IMG/VR virus record: IMGVR_UViG_3300028829_004116
Coordinates: 28,256-92,255 of that record
DNA length: 64,000 bases
Source: a virus
Strand: one strand, 5' to 3'
Positions 48,095 to 56,857 of the stretch are shown piece by piece (the first letter of the stretch is position 1; each line of letters starts with the position of its first letter). A program made the position numbers and the translations under genes. The notes beneath the pieces were generated by a model. It did no database searches and was not told the origin of the DNA. It saw only the letters and a list, made by a program, of their open reading frames with translations.

Positions 48095-49208
48095 ATGGGA
48101 CCGACAAGGTGCATTGGCATTATTTGGGGAATATAAGGCTTTTTGGGGACCAAGTAAAAATGCTGAATTTGGCATTACAGGTAGGCCTGATGCTAATACA
48201 AGAAAAGTTAATGCTAAGTCTGTTTATCTTTCAGTAGAGAATCATGGCCGTGTCGGAATGTCAAGAAAAAATATAGACTTTTCCGGCGGTGGTGCAATTT
48301 TAGAAAAACTTTTATCTTTCTTAGAGCGAGAAACTTTTCTTGAAGAAGACCTTCTCGATTTTGAAGACATGGAAAGAGATTTAGACAGATTAGAAACGAG
48401 GCCAAATAGAAATCCCGCTAATATAACATTTAGAACTATGACCTCCTTCAAACCTCCAGCAACCGATGATGATGAACCTGAAATTAAAAGAGGTGTAGTC
48501 GCTGGACATTTTTTAACAATACCTTACTGGGAATACCGAAAATGGAAGGCTGATAAAATAAATGACTCCTTTCCGAGTGACAGACCTAAAGAGGAGTGGT
48601 ATGCGTTTTCTAAGGATGGTGGTGAGCCACCAAAGAATAAAGCAAAACCTCCTCTATGGCAAGCATTATTGGGTGAGAAAAATAGCCTTAGAAAACTTGT
48701 AAATGATATTAAAGAATTAGTTGAAAAGAGTATGGGGCCGGGCGGCGCACCAATAAAAATTGATGTTAATGCTAATTTAGGCCCAAGAACTGGAGAAAGG
48801 TTGGCCGCTATTGCTGGGCTAAATAAGGCAATACGAGAAGTTATGGCTGACGGGACTATTTACACAAAGGGTAGAAGATTTCCCGTGAAGAGTAGACTTA
48901 ACGATGCGGTGAGAAATAAAACATTTAATATTAGTTCTTCGGACCTTGCCATACTCGTAGAAACCTGTACTGTTAAGATTGACGGTGAGCGTGTTGAGAT
49001 TGACGAAGTGGTTAATTACGAGAAGATAAATAATATTACAATGCGTTTCCCGAAGAGTAATAAGACACTTAATAATGTAGTTCGAGCAGTAATGGGCGAA
49101 CAAATGGAAACATTCAAAGTTCCCGGTAGCACTGAGGGAGATGGAATTACTCTCAAGCAACTCGATGCTATGGAAGCGTTTAGTAATTTAATGAAGGCGA
49201 TAAAATGA
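48087..49208 (+). CDS. Hypothetical protein
   Basis: Probable start 48087 after GAGG; long ORF. Confidence 0.7.
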   Translation: MFEWDRQGALALFGEYKAFWGPSKNAEFGITGRPDANTRKVNAKSVYLSVENHGRVGMSRKNIDFSGGGAILEKLLSFLERETFLEEDLLDFEDMERDLDRLETRPNRNPANITFRTMTSFKPPATDDDEPEIKRGVVAGHFLTIPYWEYRKWKADKINDSFPSDRPKEEWYAFSKDGGEPPKNKAKPPLWQALLGEKNSLRKLVNDIKELVEKSMGPGGAPIKIDVNANLGPRTGERLAAIAGLNKAIREVMADGTIYTKGRRFPVKSRLNDAVRNKTFNISSSDLAILVETCTVKIDGERVEIDEVVNYEKINNITMRFPKSNKTLNNVVRAVMGEQMETFKVPGSTEGDGITLKQLDAMEAFSNLMKAIK

Positions 49209-49756
49209 ATAACAGTAGAGGACCGTTAAATAGTAGTGGAAATTGGTGGTCGATTATTAAGGCATACGAAGATTTACAAGAAGAAAGTTATCAGGCCGCT
49301 TACATTGTAGTTGAAGAAATTATCAACTCTATCGGTAATGAAGAAATTTCCGAATTATTAACAGAAATGTTAGATATTTGGGATGGAGATAACTTAAGAG
49401 TTCACGCTACAGGTGGACTAGTATCTGGTGGAACTCAACATGTGGGTTATGCTCAAGAAAATAGATTAACCCCCGCACAGCAAACAAGAATGGATGAATT
49501 AGAGGAACAAGTGAAAGAGGGAACTATTACCAGAGTAGATAATAAAGAATATGAAAGATTAGTAACTTTAGCAGGTTTCGCATTACAAAAACCCCAATCA
49601 GCCGGAATAATTATGTTTGCTGTAAGAACTCCGGATTCAGTATATGCGACTGAACCTACACAAATTTATTTTAATGAAGAGGGCGATGATAAGTTTTCAA
49701 CCACCACAATAGCGGAGTTTATTAAAGATTTAAATGAGGTAATAGAAAATGCGTAA
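49205..49756 (+). CDS. Hypothetical protein with NWWSIIK leader variant
   Basis: ATGA-coupled. Confidence 0.65.
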   Translation: MNNSRGPLNSSGNWWSIIKAYEDLQEESYQAAYIVVEEIINSIGNEEISELLTEMLDIWDGDNLRVHATGGLVSGGTQHVGYAQENRLTPAQQTRMDELEEQVKEGTITRVDNKEYERLVTLAGFALQKPQSAGIIMFAVRTPDSVYATEPTQIYFNEEGDDKFSTTTIAEFIKDLNEVIENA

Positions 49757-50411
49757 AATTCGTAAGTCTTGCCCTCTTTGTAATCATCCTGATAGGGATA
49801 ACTTAGAAATAGAAATTCTTGAAGGTCGCATGGATGCGAATGCTCTTGATAGAGAAGAAGGTTGGAGAGCCGGAACTACAAGAAAACATATGCAGGAACA
49901 TTTGAATGCGTATCACGATGATTCAAATGATAAGTGCGCTTTATGTGTAGCACCAAATAGAAAGGATTTGGAAGCGGCAATTGTAGACGGACATATGAAA
50001 CCGAGTAAGGTTGCAGAATATTTAGAAGTCGGTGTCGATGCTATTAACCTACATATGAAAAAACACCTCAAACCTATCGTTCAACAATCGGCGGCATTAG
50101 ATGTAGCCCGTGTAGAATTGAATGAGATTGACTTACTTTCACAAAATGTTTCAATGTTGCAGGGCAAGATTCAACAATTTATCACAGACAATGAAGATTT
50201 AGATTTCAAGACAGTGGATTCTTTGGTAAAACTTAGTAAAGAAATTCGTGAGTCGCTAAAGTATGCGCTGGAATTTAAGGGCAAATTAATACATAAAAGA
50301 GAAGAAACAGTGGTTATTCAACAGATTGAAGTTATACAAAAGGTTCTTATAGAAAGATACCCCGAAGTATGGACTGAGATACGAGATGATATTGCGGAGA
50401 GATTAGCATGA
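49749..50411 (+). CDS. Duplicated C-x2-C...H-x3-H Zn/HTH protein with coiled coil; terminase small subunit candidate
   Basis: Two repeats CPLCNHP...KHMQEH and CALCVAP...LHMKKH; HTH plus coiled-coil layout typical of TerS. Confidence 0.5.
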   Translation: MRKIRKSCPLCNHPDRDNLEIEILEGRMDANALDREEGWRAGTTRKHMQEHLNAYHDDSNDKCALCVAPNRKDLEAAIVDGHMKPSKVAEYLEVGVDAINLHMKKHLKPIVQQSAALDVARVELNEIDLLSQNVSMLQGKIQQFITDNEDLDFKTVDSLVKLSKEIRESLKYALEFKGKLIHKREETVVIQQIEVIQKVLIERYPEVWTEIRDDIAERLA

Positions 50412-50875
50412 GTTGGTGGAATATAATTAAACAAGATTGGGAACTTTATGCTATGCAATTTTCACTTCAATTATCTTTTGATAATTTAACTGCCTATCGA
50501 ATCACCCTTAACCAAGAAGAACAAAACTATTTTAAGGAAATATTTAGTAAAACACCAGCAATGCACCATTTATTTATTGCACCTCATAGTGCCTCTATAA
50601 GAGTTAATGAAATACCAGAAAAAATAAATAATTTAGATGAAGAAGTTATGTCTATGACAGGTATGGGTAGACTAAGTGATAAAGAAAAATTAGATTTAGT
50701 AAGGTTGCGACCAAACACATACTCTTTAATTGAGCATGATGGTGGTTTTAGCAACCCATCTCAATTAAAATATGTTATGGGAAATGAGTTAATATTCCGC
50801 CGTACAGTAATTGCTATGGAAAATTCAGTACAACAGATTAAAGATAATAAAAGAGATGTCGGGTTTATTCCGTAA
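50408..50875 (+). CDS. MSWWNIIK-leader protein
   Basis: Leader; ATGA-coupled. Confidence 0.7.
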   Translation: MSWWNIIKQDWELYAMQFSLQLSFDNLTAYRITLNQEEQNYFKEIFSKTPAMHHLFIAPHSASIRVNEIPEKINNLDEEVMSMTGMGRLSDKEKLDLVRLRPNTYSLIEHDGGFSNPSQLKYVMGNELIFRRTVIAMENSVQQIKDNKRDVGFIP

Positions 50876-50899
50876 ATATAAAAATGGGGAGAGATTACA

Positions 50900-51112
50900 A
50901 TGAGTTGGAAAGATATACTAAAGGAACACCCGATGGAACGCAAAAAGCGGTTGAAAAAAGAAAAGAAAGAAATACGAAGAAGAGAAGAGGCTAATTGCAA
51001 ATGTCCTAGAAAACCAGATGGTAGTCACGATTTAGAAAGAAATTGCATGTGCGGGTTTTTCCAAGATACCAGTAATGATGGAGAAAAATTAGATTTTAAG
51101 TTGTTTGAATGA
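50900..51112 (+). CDS. MSWKDILK-leader small basic Cys protein
   Basis: Leader; CKC...H...CMC. Confidence 0.7.
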   Translation: MSWKDILKEHPMERKKRLKKEKKEIRRREEANCKCPRKPDGSHDLERNCMCGFFQDTSNDGEKLDFKLFE

Positions 51113-51121
51113 GGGATTAGC

Positions 51122-51745
51122 ATGAATTGGTTTGATATTCTAAAAATTAAATTTAAGCCAGTAGACCGTGATAGACCTGCACCTAATATTAAAGTGGAAC
51201 CGTCATTATCAGGTGAAGTAGGGAGTTATAATTCGGAAACAGGTGAAACCGTTATTTCAGCCAATCCCGATGTGACTCCTGAACAACTTGCAGATACATT
51301 AGCACATGAATCAACACATGAAGTCCAATTTGGTACAGAACCCATATTAAGAGAAATTATAAATAATTCAGCAAATAGTATTATTGCATTACTTTATGCT
51401 GCAAAGGCTACACCGATAGAAGAATTAACCGATGAAGTAGTAAATGATTTACTTTCAGATGTAGAACTGGGCTTAGGTAATTCTATAAAATTATTCCTCG
51501 AACAAGAATTTACAATAGAAACACAAGCCTACTCATTGGATAGAAATTTTGAAACTCGACAAGACCGAAATAAATTTGCTGGACATATTATAGACCATTT
51601 TGAGCGAAGAATTTTAATGTCGATGAAGGTAATTGATTTAGAAGATGAAAAGGTAGAAATACTGTTGAGGGGATTGATAGAAACTCTCGAACCCATACTT
51701 TTAAGGATTTTTAGAACTTTTGTAATAAGGGAGGGTAGACAATGA
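51122..51745 (+). CDS. MNWFDILK-leader zincin-like metallopeptidase
   Basis: GSY...TLAHESTH...E.QAY (HExxH plus downstream E). Confidence 0.7.
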   Translation: MNWFDILKIKFKPVDRDRPAPNIKVEPSLSGEVGSYNSETGETVISANPDVTPEQLADTLAHESTHEVQFGTEPILREIINNSANSIIALLYAAKATPIEELTDEVVNDLLSDVELGLGNSIKLFLEQEFTIETQAYSLDRNFETRQDRNKFAGHIIDHFERRILMSMKVIDLEDEKVEILLRGLIETLEPILLRIFRTFVIREGRQ

Positions 51746-52101
51746 AGTGGCAAGATATTTTAAAATACGACGACATACCGGCTATGTTTGAAGACCTGCG
51801 TAGAGAAATTGTAGAATACTTCCCACCTCGTTATATTGGTGATGCCAACCAACCAACTTCAATAATAGGTATTATATTTTTATTAATAGACCATTTAGAA
51901 AGTCCTATGTATGCCGAGCCGAGAACACAGGGAGTATTACGAACATTAATGAGAAAAATTGATAAAGCGCAAGACCAATTTTCCGAAGACGAGGGACATG
52001 ATGAAGCCTTTGTAGATGGCAATACTTTATTTTATGCAACTGTTTCTGGAATAATTGACAAAATTAGTGAAGCGTTAAAAGTAAGGGAGGAATATACATG
52101 A
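51742..52101 (+). CDS. MKWQDILK-leader protein
   Basis: Leader; ATGA-coupled. Confidence 0.7.
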   Translation: MKWQDILKYDDIPAMFEDLRREIVEYFPPRYIGDANQPTSIIGIIFLLIDHLESPMYAEPRTQGVLRTLMRKIDKAQDQFSEDEGHDEAFVDGNTLFYATVSGIIDKISEALKVREEYT

Positions 52102-52304
52102 GTTGGGAAACTATCCTTAAACTTGATTGGCGAGAAATGCTCGACTCTTATATAACCGAAGACAGTTTATTTCAAAACATTTATAAACACCTTACCGACA
52201 GTCTTGGTTATAACGCACCGTCGAAAGACGAGGTTATTGACTATTTAGAAGAAAATTACGAAAGACATAAATTATGGTCAAACTTATGGAGTGAAAAAAA
52301 ATGA
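52098..52304 (+). CDS. MSWETILK-leader protein
   Basis: Leader; ATGA-coupled. Confidence 0.7.
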   Translation: MSWETILKLDWREMLDSYITEDSLFQNIYKHLTDSLGYNAPSKDEVIDYLEENYERHKLWSNLWSEKK

Positions 52305-52657
52305 ACTGGAAAAATATACTAAAAAACGCAACCGTACCACAAGATTACGATGAAAAACTAATTGCCGCCATGATGAAGCGAGGTAATGAAAAGCCTAACT
52401 TTGGTTATATTAATTTTGACAATGCAAGGCAGTTGGCTTCATTTAAACTTAATGAGCCATTGAATGTGACGACAGAATATCGAAAAGTGGCAATGCACAT
52501 GAGAGATTTATTGGGAGAAGCATTGGCTGGAACTTACAACCATCGAGATTTCGATGCTAGCGAGTACCTCAATAATCCCGAATCTTATGTTAGTGATGCT
52601 CAAACACAATCTAGTTTTCCTATAGAAAAAATTGCTGAGAGAATTGGCGGAAGATAA
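52301..52657 (+). CDS. MNWKNILK-leader protein
   Basis: Leader; flanked by a direct repeat. Confidence 0.7.
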   Translation: MNWKNILKNATVPQDYDEKLIAAMMKRGNEKPNFGYINFDNARQLASFKLNEPLNVTTEYRKVAMHMRDLLGEALAGTYNHRDFDASEYLNNPESYVSDAQTQSSFPIEKIAERIGGR

Positions 52658-52696
52658 GGGAGATTACGAAAGACATAAATTATGGAGTGAAAAAAA

Positions 52697-52984
52697 ATGA
52701 ACTGGGAAAATATACTTAAAGCAAAATTTATGAAAGATACCGAAGGAAAATATACTGTTTCTGATGCTTATGAACCTAGAGAATTTGATAAAATCTTACA
52801 TGACCCAGCAAAACAGACTGAAAGGAATCAAATTACAGTAGATAGATTTCCTCACAAACATACAAGTGAGGGTCATCAATATTATGAAACAGATTATGGT
52901 TTTTCAGTCTGTATGCAATGTAAAGTAAAGGTTCGACCTAAAGTTCACAAAGAAATAACAGGAAGAGCAGCATCAGGATATTAG
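52697..52984 (+). CDS. MNWENILK-leader protein with H-x-H...CxxC
   Basis: Leader; HKH...CMQC. Confidence 0.7.
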   Translation: MNWENILKAKFMKDTEGKYTVSDAYEPREFDKILHDPAKQTERNQITVDRFPHKHTSEGHQYYETDYGFSVCMQCKVKVRPKVHKEITGRAASGY

Positions 52985-52996
52985 GTAAGTGAAAGA

Positions 52997-53218
52997 ATGA
53001 CATGGAAAGATATTACTAAAAACCTTACACCGGAACAAGTAAGAACTATGGAACGAAGTGTAAAAAAAACAGGCGTTTGCCGAAGATGTAAAAGAAGTGT
53101 TAAAACTTGGGAACCATGTCCTATGAATTTACCCCCACTACCAATAAAACCTAATTGTCCAATGAAGACTGAATACAAGGACTCTAATAGTAGGGGTCCA
53201 TTTACTGCGAGGGATTAA
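52997..53218 (+). CDS. MTWKDITK-leader small Cys protein
   Basis: Leader; CRRC...C...C. Confidence 0.7.
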   Translation: MTWKDITKNLTPEQVRTMERSVKKTGVCRRCKRSVKTWEPCPMNLPPLPIKPNCPMKTEYKDSNSRGPFTARD

Positions 53219-53219
53219 C

Positions 53220-53432
53220 TTGTGGTTCGATGTATTGCGTAAGAAAAGTAAAGCCCGACGAAAAAAGGGTAGTAAGCAATATAAGAAAAAGAAATCTAAA
53301 ACAAAGAAAGACGCTTGTTATCGCAAGGTAAAAAGTCGTTATAAAAAATGGCCCTCCGCCTACGCTTCAGGTGCTTTAGTCCAATGTCGTAAAGTTGGTG
53401 CGGCTAATTGGGGTAATTCAAAAAAGAAGTGA
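53220..53432 (+). CDS. MWFDVLRK-leader, very basic protein with DACY.KVKSRY..WPSAYASGALV.CRK motif
   Basis: Motif recalled from marine viral hypothetical proteins; TTG start. Confidence 0.65.
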   Translation: MWFDVLRKKSKARRKKGSKQYKKKKSKTKKDACYRKVKSRYKKWPSAYASGALVQCRKVGAANWGNSKKK

Positions 53433-53436
53433 TACT

Positions 53437-54258
53437 ATGAATTGGCAGGAAATACTCAAGGAAGAATGGTTTAATAATCTTCCTAAGAGTAAGCAAAAAC
53501 AACTTAATTCCGAACCTTCATTCAATGTTAGTATTCCTGAAATGTCATTTCCCGATAACGAGAAGGAAATACCAAAGGTTCTAAAAATTATGGAAGGTCA
53601 AGATTTAGATAAAAAAACTATTCACAATTTAGACAAAAATAACCATAAGATGATGCTCGACATTGTTGAGGAAAAAATGTCCGATTGGAAGGGTTTTCTT
53701 GAAGATTTAGATATATATTCGTTTCGCCTAAAAAAGAAATACGGTAGAAAGAGACCTTATTTAGTTTCGGATAAAATTAAATCTTTAACAGATACAGATG
53801 ACACACCTTCTTTTCCAAGCGGTCACGCCATTGACGCACATGCGTTGGCAAAGGTTCTCGGTGAGAAATATCCTGATAAGAAAAAAGAACTTAACATTAT
53901 GGCAGATTCAATTTCACTTTCCCGTGTTCAAATGGGAAGTCATTATCCAAGTGATATAGAAGCAGGTAAAAAAGTAGGACTTATGCTCGCTGATGCGTAT
54001 TTAGATATTTCTAAATCTTGGGAAGATATTTTACAAAGTGGCGATAACTTTAAGAGAGAGAAGGCGGAAGGCTTACATGGGTGGTTTTCTCGACGGGGCG
54101 GAAAGGGTAAATCAAAAGGTTGGGTAAGTTGTTCTTCATGTGGAAAGAAAAACGGACCTAAACCTTGTGGAAGAAAAGACGCTTCAAAGGGAACAAAGAG
54201 AAGATGCCGCCCAACTTGTGGCGCGTGTAAAACTTACAAAAGGAGGAAAGGAAAATGA
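53437..54258 (+). CDS. MNWQEILK-leader PAP2/vanadium-haloperoxidase-family phosphatase fused to a basic Cys-rich domain
   Basis: K-x6-RP, PSFPSGH, SR-x5-H-x3-D motifs; second leader-like SWEDILQ before the C-terminal domain. Confidence 0.8.
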   Translation: MNWQEILKEEWFNNLPKSKQKQLNSEPSFNVSIPEMSFPDNEKEIPKVLKIMEGQDLDKKTIHNLDKNNHKMMLDIVEEKMSDWKGFLEDLDIYSFRLKKKYGRKRPYLVSDKIKSLTDTDDTPSFPSGHAIDAHALAKVLGEKYPDKKKELNIMADSISLSRVQMGSHYPSDIEAGKKVGLMLADAYLDISKSWEDILQSGDNFKREKAEGLHGWFSRRGGKGKSKGWVSCSSCGKKNGPKPCGRKDASKGTKRRCRPTCGACKTYKRRKGK

Positions 54259-54599
54259 GTTGGCAAGACATATTAAAAAGGGGAAAGCGTAAAAAAATTA
54301 ATATGCCTCTTTTTAGAGAAGCCCTCGGAGTCGCTACGGCTACCCTAAACACATTTACTCTTTCAGAAATTTTACCACTTGCACAAGAATTATATAAAGA
54401 GTATTTACTTAGGGATGGTATTTTTACTAAGGCTGGACCTGCCACCCATCACGCTAAAATCGTTTTTAGTACCCGTGGTAGAGCCGGTACATTTTTTGGT
54501 ACGGTCATTAATAATCTAGGGGTTCATCGTTCTACTACCCGAAGGAAAAAACTACCATCGGGAGCAGCAGAAACTATTTACGAAAAAGTGGAGGAATAG
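54255..54599 (+). CDS. MSWQDILK-leader protein
   Basis: Leader; GGAGG RBS; ATGA-coupled. Confidence 0.75.
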   Translation: MSWQDILKRGKRKKINMPLFREALGVATATLNTFTLSEILPLAQELYKEYLLRDGIFTKAGPATHHAKIVFSTRGRAGTFFGTVINNLGVHRSTTRRKKLPSGAAETIYEKVEE

Positions 54600-54601
54600 A
54601 A

Positions 54602-55018
54602 ATGAGTTGGCAAGATGGTCTAAAGAAAAAACAAACTAAGTTTGGTTTTCAAAGAACTTTGGGCGGTGAAAGTATTGCTAATCTTGACCCGATTGAAGAA
54701 GCGGTAAGACAAAAAGAGGAGGCCGACAAATCTTTATCCGAAAGAAAAAGGCGTGAAGCAGAAAGGTTGGCAGTAGCAAATCGTAAGGGACAAGAAAATT
54801 TTAAAAAGGAAATTACAAGTACAGATTTAAGAGTTGACCGATTTGAAGAATTGATAGAACAAATTCAAATAATGATTGATTTAATAAATGAAAGAGAAAG
54901 AGACCCCGATAATAGTTATAGAGTAAAAATTGCTGAGGCATATAATACTATTCTGGGTTCATTCAACGAAGTAAGAGAAGATATGTTTCAGTTTAAAATA
55001 GAACTTGATTTGGAATAA
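54602..55018 (+). CDS. MSWQDGLK-leader coiled-coil protein
   Basis: Leader; GGAGG RBS. Confidence 0.7.
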   Translation: MSWQDGLKKKQTKFGFQRTLGGESIANLDPIEEAVRQKEEADKSLSERKRREAERLAVANRKGQENFKKEITSTDLRVDRFEELIEQIQIMIDLINERERDPDNSYRVKIAEAYNTILGSFNEVREDMFQFKIELDLE

Positions 55019-55157
55019 CTATAAATACCCCATTCCTCTAAGAGGTAATTAGGGATTCATATGAGTACAGAAGAAAGTATAAGGCTTTGATTCAAAAGGC
55101 GTTGCCGAAAGTAATAATTGTTTTGGGTGGAGTTTTGGGAATTTACATGATGCTTAA

Positions 55158-56852
55158 GTGATAGGTATGGTTAATTCTATAAAGGGTAGCCTTGCTCGTG
55201 CTGTGCGTGAGCGCAAGGGAAATGATACTGCGTATTTAGATAAACTTAGAAATCGTGAGTTGTCTTTTAATAATATGAAAGATATTTTAGAATTAATTGA
55301 TGAAGCAAAAGATGAAAAAAGTATGTTTTATGATGATATAGTTTCTAATAAAAGAGACCCTGAAGAAGTTATTGAAACCTTACAAGCCCTGTATGATGAG
55401 AAATCCGGTGACGGGTTTGGCGCATATTATTCATTACCCTACGGTGACGGTCAAACAATTGGTGATAAAACTACGGGCAATCCGGTTAATTGGGTAGAAG
55501 AAAATATTCAAGAATTGTATGATGAAATACTCAAAGGTAATCCAGTTGCTTTTTTAAGCGGCATGGCTATATTGGTGAGTAGAGAAAGAATAGGGGATTC
55601 GGGTAGACAAAGAACCCTCGACCGATTAAAAATATTATTTTCTAAAATACAAACCGATGCTGAACGCTGGGAATCCGTTAACAAAGAACAGTTAGAAGGA
55701 GCCATAGAAGGTAATGAAATAACGCAGGGGTATAACATAGTCCAAAAACTCAATGCCCTACATGTGGAAGATAAAGAATATGCTAAAGTAAATCTATCAA
55801 CATGGATGAGAAGTTCAAATTACGATGAAGAGAGTTTCGTCAAGGTAATGAGAATATACACACATATGTTAAATCGCTCAACATCTAATTTTACCGGCCC
55901 ACTTGTTGACTTTTACGAAGGTAGCAATTTTGAAGTCAAGACTTCGCTATTGGCTAAACTAATAAAAGCAAGAGGCTCTTTAGCCTTAGAAACCCTTTTC
56001 AGCAACTATCTTACATTTAGATTTTCACGGGGAGGCAGGGGAGGTTCTGCCGTAGGTGGTGGAGATTTAATTAGTAGAAAAAATGTTACGGACTGGATTC
56101 TCAATAATAATACAGATGCCTATTCAACATTAAGACTTAAAACTTCGGAAGACGCAGGATTTGATGAAGATGAAACTGAGGAAGATAGACAACGGCGTAT
56201 TCGTCGTAATGTAAGAATATCGAATAGCGAAACTCAAAGACAATTTAATGAATGGAAAGGCTCTCTTATCCCCCAAGCCGATGATGTAGGACCAAGAATT
56301 AGACGCGCTATTTTACAGTCTCGCACAGTATTAGAAAAATACGACTATGTTTTTATGCTTAGTGTCTACCATAGACTTTTGAAAATAAAATTTGAAGAGG
56401 AACAATTTGATGTAATACCTTCACAATATAATTTTTCCTTGTTGGAAGAAGAAGGTAAAGAATCATTTGAAATAAAGGCAGAACAATTTAAAAATGCTAT
56501 CTCATTAGCACTTACATTTAACCCAACTTCGATAGAAGGAATAAATAATGTCCTTTCTACTTTAAAAGACTTAGAAGATGAAGAACCAAGAGATTACTTC
56601 AACACCGTTGCTCAAAATGCACCGGCTCTCGAAAAACAAATATTAGATGGGATAGATAAATTATTTAGCCCAATACCAAAAATAATAGTAGAAGAAATAT
56701 CTAAGGTTCTTTCGACTCTAAATCCAAATCAAATAGAATCTCAACGAAATTATATAAAAATAGGTAATCAAAACCCATATGAGTATCTACATAGCATAGA
56801 TGCACTTTATGATGAAAACTTGGAAAGAGACCCCGACTACTACAAAAGGTGA
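55158..56852 (+). CDS. Large alpha-helical hypothetical protein
   Basis: 564-aa ORF upstream of the packaging genes. Confidence 0.7.
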   Translation: MIGMVNSIKGSLARAVRERKGNDTAYLDKLRNRELSFNNMKDILELIDEAKDEKSMFYDDIVSNKRDPEEVIETLQALYDEKSGDGFGAYYSLPYGDGQTIGDKTTGNPVNWVEENIQELYDEILKGNPVAFLSGMAILVSRERIGDSGRQRTLDRLKILFSKIQTDAERWESVNKEQLEGAIEGNEITQGYNIVQKLNALHVEDKEYAKVNLSTWMRSSNYDEESFVKVMRIYTHMLNRSTSNFTGPLVDFYEGSNFEVKTSLLAKLIKARGSLALETLFSNYLTFRFSRGGRGGSAVGGGDLISRKNVTDWILNNNTDAYSTLRLKTSEDAGFDEDETEEDRQRRIRRNVRISNSETQRQFNEWKGSLIPQADDVGPRIRRAILQSRTVLEKYDYVFMLSVYHRLLKIKFEEEQFDVIPSQYNFSLLEEEGKESFEIKAEQFKNAISLALTFNPTSIEGINNVLSTLKDLEDEEPRDYFNTVAQNAPALEKQILDGIDKLFSPIPKIIVEEISKVLSTLNPNQIESQRNYIKIGNQNPYEYLHSIDALYDENLERDPDYYKR

Positions 56853-56857
56853 AATGA

